From Naegleria gruberi (lineage: Eukaryota), in assembly GCA_000004985.1 (NCBI GenBank), contig GG738856.1: 64,000 nucleotides of DNA. One strand, written 5' to 3'. Positions 58,001 through 64,000 of this stretch are shown here, in pieces. Numbering within the stretch: the first letter of the stretch is position 1; each line of letters opens with the position of its first letter. A program made the position numbers and the translations under genes. Under the pieces are notes generated by a model. That model was not told the DNA's origin and did not search any database. It saw only the letters and a list, made by a program, of their open reading frames with translations.

Positions 58001-58095
58001 AGTATGCAACCAAATCAGACCAGAAAGCTCTTGCAAGACCTTCCGAATCAAATGTTGCTGATGAACCTCCAACTAAGAAAGTCAAACAAGAATAG
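55069..58095 (+). CDS. Large protein of about 995 aa with a 2OG-Fe(II)-oxygenase-like region. Two exons, 55069..56352 and 56395..58095.
   Basis: The donor AAGGAA|GTAAGT at 56353 and the TTATTACAG| acceptor at 56394 form a 42-nt intron. They join the 438-aa and 556-aa track ORFs in frame (...ELTHKE|VEDEEDFTEYMKINR...). 'LHEEGGLFDFCTDIDKEDG...FTGGNFTLSH...CEHKGEPLTSGYRLSLVYNL' loosely fits an HxD/E...H...RxS oxygenase pattern. The functional call is weak. Confidence 0.5.
56353..56394 (+). other. Spliceosomal intron (42 nt, contains an in-frame TAA).
   Basis: GTAAGT donor and CAG acceptor. Both flanking ORFs are in the same frame. Confidence 0.55.
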
Positions 58096-58174
58096 TGATC
58101 AAGTGAAGGACTTGCCTTAAATTTTGAAAAAGTTAATTCTTCTTTTATTCAAGTTTAACAAGAGTTCTAGTTTA

Positions 58175-59453
58175 TTAATCCTCTTCATCTCTACAACAAA
58201 GACAACAGAAACAATAGGCAATAGGTAACAAAATATAACTGAAACAATTTAAACAATTTGTTCCCTGTTTTGCTTGGCTATTTTCTTGAATGAGTTTAAC
58301 ATTTAAATATTTTCTGAATGATTTCTCATTTTCTAAATTACAATTCTCAAATATAATTTCTTTCAGAGATGGATTGTTCTTAATAAATTGATGTTCATCT
58401 CCCAAAACACAACTGATGAAATGAATCCTTTCTAAATTTGGATAATTATTAGAAATTGAGAAATCAATATTTTGAGTTGTAAACTTCTTATTTCGAAGTG
58501 TCAATTCAAAGAGTGATTCCATTTTCAATGAAAATAATGAATTTAAATCCACTTCACCTTTATCCAAATCCAACTTTACAATTTTCAATTCCTTAATATA
58601 ATTAAGAATCTCCAAACTGTCATCCGTCAAAGTTAATTCCCTCAAATTCTTGTTAAATATACCAGAATAATTTAATTTTGAAAAATCCAAATTATATACT
58701 CTTCGAATTCCGAGTTTAGTCAACTTGGAAAAAGCTAAAGGAAACAACTGAGGTGCTTTTTCAATAATTTCCTTTTGATTTCTGAAATGTAGAGCCAAGT
58801 CAAGTTCTTTCAAATTTAACTTCACTACTCATAATATTGTGAAAATCTGTTTCATGGTCAACTTCAATTTTCAAGGTTTTCAAACTTTTCATTGGTGAAA
58901 TATTTGGCGTCTTGGGAAATCCAGTTAATTTGTATTCTTCCAGATTGAATGGAATTTTGTAAAATTCATCTAGAATATATTGTGGAATTGAACTATCAGA
59001 AAGGTTAATTTCCAATGCTTTCAGTTGACTATAATGAGTTTGAAACCAATTGATCAATTCATTCTTGAATGATTTCATAAATAGTTTGAGATTAGTTACA
59101 TTTCCAATATATCTTGGTAAATAAACTGCTGATCCAAGATTTGATGATTCAATAAAATTGCATTCTCCATAAAGAGAAAGAGTATCAACCCTTGAAAAAC
59201 CATTCATTTCGAATAATTCACAGGGTATGTTTCTAACATTTATCAATTTCAATTTTGTAATATTGGTCTGTTTATCTTTTAACTGATTAATAGTTTTAGT
59301 GAGTTTGGTTGCATGATCTATTTTCAATTCGAATCCGAGGTTTTGCTTTGCTTGATAGAAATTGTGATTTACGACTCGAAAACGAAATGTTTCTCTTCCT
59401 TCTAAAAAACAAAGAATCAACTGCACAACATCTACAGTCAGAAAGTGCTGCAT
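58175..59453 (-). CDS. F-box-like / leucine-rich-repeat protein split into two overlapping frames (59453..58800 and 58825..58175). This is either a sequencing frameshift or a pseudogene.
   Basis: The N-terminus 'VVQLILCFLEGRETFRFRVVNHNFYQ' is F-box-like, and LRR units run through both ORFs. The frames overlap over about 26 nt at 58800..58825 within a run containing 'aaatttgaaag'. No GT..AG pair there gives a plausible intron. Confidence 0.4.
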
Positions 59454-59638
59454 TTTTTTAATAGATCTATGTGAACATTTACCAGTTTGTGAAATGGAAG
59501 AATGGTTTAGGCAACTTTCAATTCTCTCATTTTGGAAGAGGAAAATGCAATCTTGCTGGATTTCTTACTTAACAAAAGAATTGAATAATAAGATTTTTAA
59601 ATTTTAGTATTTTATATTACATTGTTCCTAGAGAGAAA

Positions 59639-60412
59639 TTAGTAGTCATCATCTTCGTCATCTTCATCATAATCGAATGCGGATCTTCTGGCAGCAGTTG
59701 ACGTAGAACCAACAGTACTAGAAAAATCACCAGTAAATTTGAAACCAGAATTTCCAGCAACACGTGATGATGGTGGTTGTTTCATTTCCGATTTAACAAC
59801 ACCAATGGTTGACAAAATCCATTCCAAATCATTGGCTGTCATTTCTCTTCCACCAATTTTACCCAATCCAACAAATTGAGCAACATTATTACCTCCTCTA
59901 TAAATTAACAATGTTGGGCAATTCTTTTCAGGGAAGTTTGGAATTGCTGCACTTCCTCTAATACGAACAAATTTAACTTCTAGGAATTTGTTTGAAAGTT
60001 TTGTCAAACGATCATCTAAAATCTTACAATCTTCAATTGCAGGAGCATACAAGTGAACAACCACAAAAGTAGTCTTATCTGGAGTTTGACAAACTTCTTT
60101 CACATATTCAGTGGCGGAAATTTCTTGCACTCCTCCAAACTTGGTGGCCATTTGCTTTTGCTTTAATTCTAATAAACGTCTTGCTTTAATTTGTTGAAGG
60201 AAATCATCTTCTTCTTCATTATATTTACTATCTTGTTCTAATTCATTAATTTGTTCAAGTGTGGCTCCGGCATATTGATTTTGAAATTCTTCCTTTGCTG
60301 ATTTAAAATAAGCTACTTTATCAACTTCTTCTTCTTCTGGGAGTTCTGGCAAATTACCATGTTGTCTTTGCAAAACAGTCCATTCTGTTTCAATACCATT
60401 AATTTTAGACAT
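59639..60412 (-). CDS. Phosducin-like protein (PhLP2/PDCL3-type thioredoxin-fold protein).
   Basis: 'TFVVVHLYAPAIEDCKILDDRLTKLSNKFLEVKFVRIRGSAAIPNFPEKNCPTLLIYRGGNNVAQFVGL' matches the phosducin-like Trx-fold block. The tail is acidic, 'DYDEDDEDDDY'. Confidence 0.6.
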   Translation of the reverse strand: MSKINGIETEWTVLQRQHGNLPELPEEEEVDKVAYFKSAKEEFQNQYAGATLEQINELEQDSKYNEEEDDFLQQIKARRLLELKQKQMATKFGGVQEISATEYVKEVCQTPDKTTFVVVHLYAPAIEDCKILDDRLTKLSNKFLEVKFVRIRGSAAIPNFPEKNCPTLLIYRGGNNVAQFVGLGKIGGREMTANDLEWILSTIGVVKSEMKQPPSSRVAGNSGFKFTGDFSSTVGSTSTAARRSAFDYDEDDEDDDY

Positions 60413-60940
60413 TTTGATGATATGCTGATGGTTGTCTTCTTTGAGAAAAAAAGGCTTTGTTTTTTGTTATTACTAGTCGGAAGTAGATAACCCTTGAGAA
60501 AGCAGTGTGATGGCTTTTTTTTTTGAAATTTTTCGGAAGATGAGAGGAAAGGCATCAATCATGCCAATGAAAGTTTTCAATAATTTTATTGTTGTGTGAT
60601 GACATTTAATGGTGATGACTTGAAGTCAAGTTGACATTTTGGGTAAGCAAACAATTAAGAGAGTCAAGTTCCATTAAAATTTATTTTAAGGATGAAAAGT
60701 GTTAGTAATTTCCAACTTCCGATGATGGTTTTAAGAAGTAGTTTTGCTTAGTACGTTGAGCCATTGGGTTTTCAATCCCATGTATCATTAAAGTGGATAA
60801 TTTACGTAGTGATTATTGAGGAATTTTGAAAACATCATGTTTCCAATCCACCTTCTGAGTGATGTGTACATTATATTTTAATAAAATGTACAAGCAAACA
60901 TAAATGTTTATTAAGCGACCAACAGATATTGATTTCCAAA

Positions 60941-63475
60941 TTAAAAAACTATATCTAAATCCTTTAACTTGCCAAATAACTCTTTTCCAACTTTCTTTTC
61001 CAGGTCTTCTAAATCTTTGAACCCCTCTTTATCAGATGTTCTTTTCGTTATGATATCATTCGCAGCTTGTTTGCCAATACCAAAGTTTTCATATCCTTTT
61101 GCTTCACACTCATTAATATGAAGATAATTGGTGGAATATAAATATTTCATATGCTCAGATAGTGTTCCGAAATGTTTGGAAAAGTTATCTTTGTAGATCA
61201 TTATCAAATTATCGGGAAGTTTTTCTGATTCGGGCATATCTGTAATTGATTTTCCTGTTACAATAACTGTGATGTTTGTTACTGGAATTATCTTATTTTG
61301 TGTTGGTAAATCAAAACTATTGTTTTTGATTATTTCTACCTCTTCTATTGTAGAGAAATCCAGTTTTGCTGTTTTTGAATCAGCCCATTTACATTGTAAA
61401 TGAAACACACAATCACTACCATTAAGCTCATTTTTCATACCCAACACAAGAACATCACCAGCCGAGGCATCAGGGACATTTTTGATGATATAAACTCCCT
61501 TAGTGTTATTTGATGGATTATAAGTAAATGAAGTAGAACCAGATTTTAGATTAAAATATTTTCTCGTTGACATATCACTCTCCAATCTTTTGTCATGTGT
61601 ACATTTGTAACATGAGTGGATTTTCTCTATCTTTAAATTTGCTGTTGCTGGATTCATTTTAGCAAATGGAAACAATTCTTTCAATGTCAACGATTTCTGA
61701 TCCTTCAATAATGTTAAAATCAAATAATAATATTCAAGAATCACATCCTCCCAAGATGATACAGAAGAATCTGAATTAAATAAATTGTTATAAATTTCCC
61801 TTGGCTCAAGTGTCATTAATGATGGAAGAATTACTGGAGGATAAGTGATCAAAAATTCTTCCTGGCCCTTAGCCTTTTCTAACATTACCAATCCTTGATT
61901 TTCTAAATCAGACCAAGTCAAATCATCTTCTACTTTATCATTTTTTGCTACCACTCTTCTTGTAACCACAAGTTGTAATATCTTATTTTTAACTTTAGAA
62001 GAGATAAATGAAACATCATATTTTTCTAATATTTTTGTCTTTGCTTCCCACCAAGCTGCTTGAGGAAGCAAATCTCTGAACAATAATTGCACCAAATAAA
62101 ATTCTATTCCTCTTGCATAACCCCCAAATGTCCTTAAATAATGTTTAAATGAAACATTTTTTCTCCATCCTTGCAATTTGTTGTATGTTTGGACCAAATC
62201 GTCCATAATCTGATACAATTCTGTTGTTGGTAACATAGGCTTTGTTGGAATGTATTTTGGAGAATAAGCACTTCCCAAAAAACTCTTTTTTATGCCTGTA
62301 TAGTAAGTTCCCACAAATAGAGGATAAATAATGCCACAGACTGGATGCTGCATATACTGTCCAATAGACGAAATAATTACATCAAGTGGAGATGGTCTAT
62401 TAATGTGTGAATTAATTATTTGTACCTCATCCATACCAATAAAGAAGTTGGTATGTTCGTTTGGAGAAATTACAGCATTACAGGCTATTAATATAGTTTC
62501 AATATCGAGAACCTTTCTTTTCCCAAAAAATTCATTCCATTTTCGTAACAACCCAGTAAAAACAGAGGTTTCCCCTTTCGAACCTGTAAAAGCACAAAGT
62601 ATTGAATAAACAATTCTTACACACAAACCATTCATGGGGTTTGGTTCATTCATAACGTCCATCTTTGTTCCATTCCCAAATGATATAAATAACGGAAAAT
62701 ATTGTTTGTTGTTGTACATATCAAGACCAATCTCCTGCAATATCCTTGATTTTCCAATTCCAGGAGCTGCAGCTATGAATGGGAGCTCAATATTATCTCT
62801 TAGGGCCTTTTTTTCATTTTCTATCAAGGCAGTATAAGGTCTGTAGCTTTCCATAAACATATTTACAACCTCTTCTCTTCCAATAAATTTGAAATTAGAT
62901 CCAAAACCAAAAACAACAACCGAAGAAGACTCCACTATATTTTTAGGTTCAAATATACCAACAACTTTGTCAGTTCTATCAGTCATAGCACCATTTGTGC
63001 TAATTACAAGCTTGATGAACGCTGAAATATCTTCAGCGTCTATTGATTTGTTGGATTCTTCAATTTCTACTTGTTTTCTTTCAACAAACTCACTAATCAA
63101 CCAAACAGCAATGGGCTCTGCAACACTTTTCACCATTATTTTTCCTTCGTCCATCAAGGAGTCGACCATGGACTGTTTGGCTGTTTCTGGTGTTCCATTG
63201 CTTTTGATATTTGTTTCATAGGCATTAATAGCAATTAATAAATGGTTTCCGTTGAGAGCACTCAAAGGATATCTTCCATTTTGGTTTCGTTCTTTTTTTA
63301 CACAATCAATGGCTTCATCTTCAAAGTATAAATCATCCCGAAGAATTTCTAATACTTTATCATGATTCAATTTCATCATACCATTTAGTAATAAATTTGG
63401 TTTTGGTTTTTTAAACAATACCGAAGAAAACCCAATTGTTGGAGATTGACTTCTTTTCTTAATATCCTTGAACAT
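60941..63475 (-). CDS. Large P-loop NTPase (844 aa) with Walker A and Walker B motifs, a STAND/AAA-like core and a possible nuclease-like C-terminal module.
   Basis: Walker A is 'AAAPGIGKS' and Walker B is 'NFFIGMDEVQ'. The C-terminal 'GDVLVLGMKNELNGSDCVFHLQCKW' has D...(Q)xK spacing reminiscent of PD-(D/E)xK nucleases, which is speculative. Confidence 0.5.
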   Translation of the reverse strand: MFKDIKKRSQSPTIGFSSVLFKKPKPNLLLNGMMKLNHDKVLEILRDDLYFEDEAIDCVKKERNQNGRYPLSALNGNHLLIAINAYETNIKSNGTPETAKQSMVDSLMDEGKIMVKSVAEPIAVWLISEFVERKQVEIEESNKSIDAEDISAFIKLVISTNGAMTDRTDKVVGIFEPKNIVESSSVVVFGFGSNFKFIGREEVVNMFMESYRPYTALIENEKKALRDNIELPFIAAAPGIGKSRILQEIGLDMYNNKQYFPLFISFGNGTKMDVMNEPNPMNGLCVRIVYSILCAFTGSKGETSVFTGLLRKWNEFFGKRKVLDIETILIACNAVISPNEHTNFFIGMDEVQIINSHINRPSPLDVIISSIGQYMQHPVCGIIYPLFVGTYYTGIKKSFLGSAYSPKYIPTKPMLPTTELYQIMDDLVQTYNKLQGWRKNVSFKHYLRTFGGYARGIEFYLVQLLFRDLLPQAAWWEAKTKILEKYDVSFISSKVKNKILQLVVTRRVVAKNDKVEDDLTWSDLENQGLVMLEKAKGQEEFLITYPPVILPSLMTLEPREIYNNLFNSDSSVSSWEDVILEYYYLILTLLKDQKSLTLKELFPFAKMNPATANLKIEKIHSCYKCTHDKRLESDMSTRKYFNLKSGSTSFTYNPSNNTKGVYIIKNVPDASAGDVLVLGMKNELNGSDCVFHLQCKWADSKTAKLDFSTIEEVEIIKNNSFDLPTQNKIIPVTNITVIVTGKSITDMPESEKLPDNLIMIYKDNFSKHFGTLSEHMKYLYSTNYLHINECEAKGYENFGIGKQAANDIITKRTSDKEGFKDLEDLEKKVGKELFGKLKDLDIVF

Positions 63476-63694
63476 TTTTTAATAACCGACAAATATCAGA
63501 TACAGTGAACAAACATAATCAACCCATTTTTTTTCTTAATTTAATAAATATTAAAATAATATTAAATTTTCATATTCACGTCTCTTGTATATCTATTCCC
63601 AAAGACGAAATTTTATTTGTAAATATTTTGATAACGGTAAATTTCTTGATTAAGGTGCAATTGTGGAGCATTTGATTTAGAAATATTTAAAAAA

Positions 63695-64000
63695 ATGCAA
63701 CAAGCTGTTCTTGGAGGCCAATTTCAAACACCTTCAAAGTTATTTCCCTTACTGATGAATTCGGGAGAGGAATTTTCAAATTATGATGATGAGGATTTCT
63801 ATCGGGATGATGCTAAGGAAACAACATCAAGCTCGCGACCGGATATGACTTTACTGAATTCTCTGAAGGAGTGGATTAATGTATTGGTAGGATTGGATTT
63901 GGTGGAAATTAAAACGCAAAATCCATTACAGAGTTTTTTGAATTGTTTTAAGGACGGAGTATTGCTGTGTAGAATTGTTGAAAAGATTAAATTAAAACAC
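63695..64000 (+). CDS. 5' part of a calponin-homology (CH) domain protein. The frame is open to the window end.
   Basis: ATG at 63695 and no stop through 64000. 'LKEWINVLVGLDLVEIKTQNPLQSFLNCFKDGVLLCRIVEKIKLK' is CH-domain-like. The track did not report it because no stop lies inside the window. Confidence 0.45.
   Translation, partial: MQQAVLGGQFQTPSKLFPLLMNSGEEFSNYDDEDFYRDDAKETTSSSRPDMTLLNSLKEWINVLVGLDLVEIKTQNPLQSFLNCFKDGVLLCRIVEKIKLKH

Noticed and set aside
1-64000. Prokaryotic-style interpretation (operons, defence islands, CRISPR, alternative TTG/GTG starts from the track).
   Set aside because: Spliceosomal introns, homopolymeric codon tracts, nucleoporin/TFIIS/SYF2/phosducin genes and monocistronic spacing show this is eukaryotic. 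TTG and GTG 'starts' in the track are artefacts of a bacterial translation table.

Overview
This window is eukaryotic nuclear DNA, not a prokaryotic locus. It is AT-rich (coding about 35% GC, intergenic lower) and comes from a draft assembly with two runs of N (15484..19244 and 21065..21947). I found no operons, CRISPR arrays, tRNA or rRNA genes, and no recognisable mobile elements.

Genes are fairly dense (about 30), monocistronic and on both strands. Introns are short spliceosomal introns of 42-150 nt with GTAAGT or GTATGT donors and AG acceptors, and coding regions carry long runs of N, Q, S and T codons. That profile fits an AT-rich protist such as a dictyostelid-like amoebozoan, or possibly an early-diverging fungus. 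I cannot assign the organism from this window.

The supplied ORF track used bacterial start rules. Several of its 'M' starts are really TTG or GTG, and several ORF pairs it lists separately join in frame across canonical introns. I re-derived the gene models by hand where that mattered.

Functional calls rest on motif recognition without any database search. In window order the genes are:
- an unknown 3' gene fragment at the window start
- a giant inositol polyphosphate 5-phosphatase carrying two internal tandem-repeat blocks
- a two-exon HIT-family gene, convergent on the phosphatase and ending 2 bp from it
- a two-exon PWWP-TFIIS fusion gene
- a low-complexity N/Q-rich gene
- a two-exon UBC-like E2 variant whose active-site Cys is replaced by Asp
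- SYF2, truncated by the first gap
- an RRM-like gene whose 5' end lies in the first gap
- a Q-rich gene fragment entering the second gap
- a multi-exon unknown gene
- a small ankyrin-repeat gene
- the Nup98-Nup96 nucleoporin precursor (FG/GLFG repeats, GLEBS motif, autoproteolytic HF|TKY site, one intron)
- an unknown 548-aa gene
- a mitoribosomal mS35-like gene with an apparent mitochondrial presequence
- an Alba-like gene
- an F-box gene with a 44-nt intron
- a transmembrane receptor with a degenerate cyclase-homology domain
- a divergently placed multi-pass transmembrane PAS plus class-III nucleotide cyclase, with a candidate upstream 5' exon
- a small secreted protein
- an ankyrin-repeat gene
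- two head-to-head protein-kinase/TPR paralogues that share a ~265-bp near-identical inverted segment, indicating recent gene conversion
- an NHL-repeat/BTB gene
- a ~1000-aa gene with a 2OG-oxygenase-like region and a 42-nt intron
- an LRR/F-box gene interrupted by a frameshift
- a phosducin-like thioredoxin-fold gene
- a large P-loop NTPase with a possible nuclease-like C-terminus
- a calponin-homology-domain gene running off the window end
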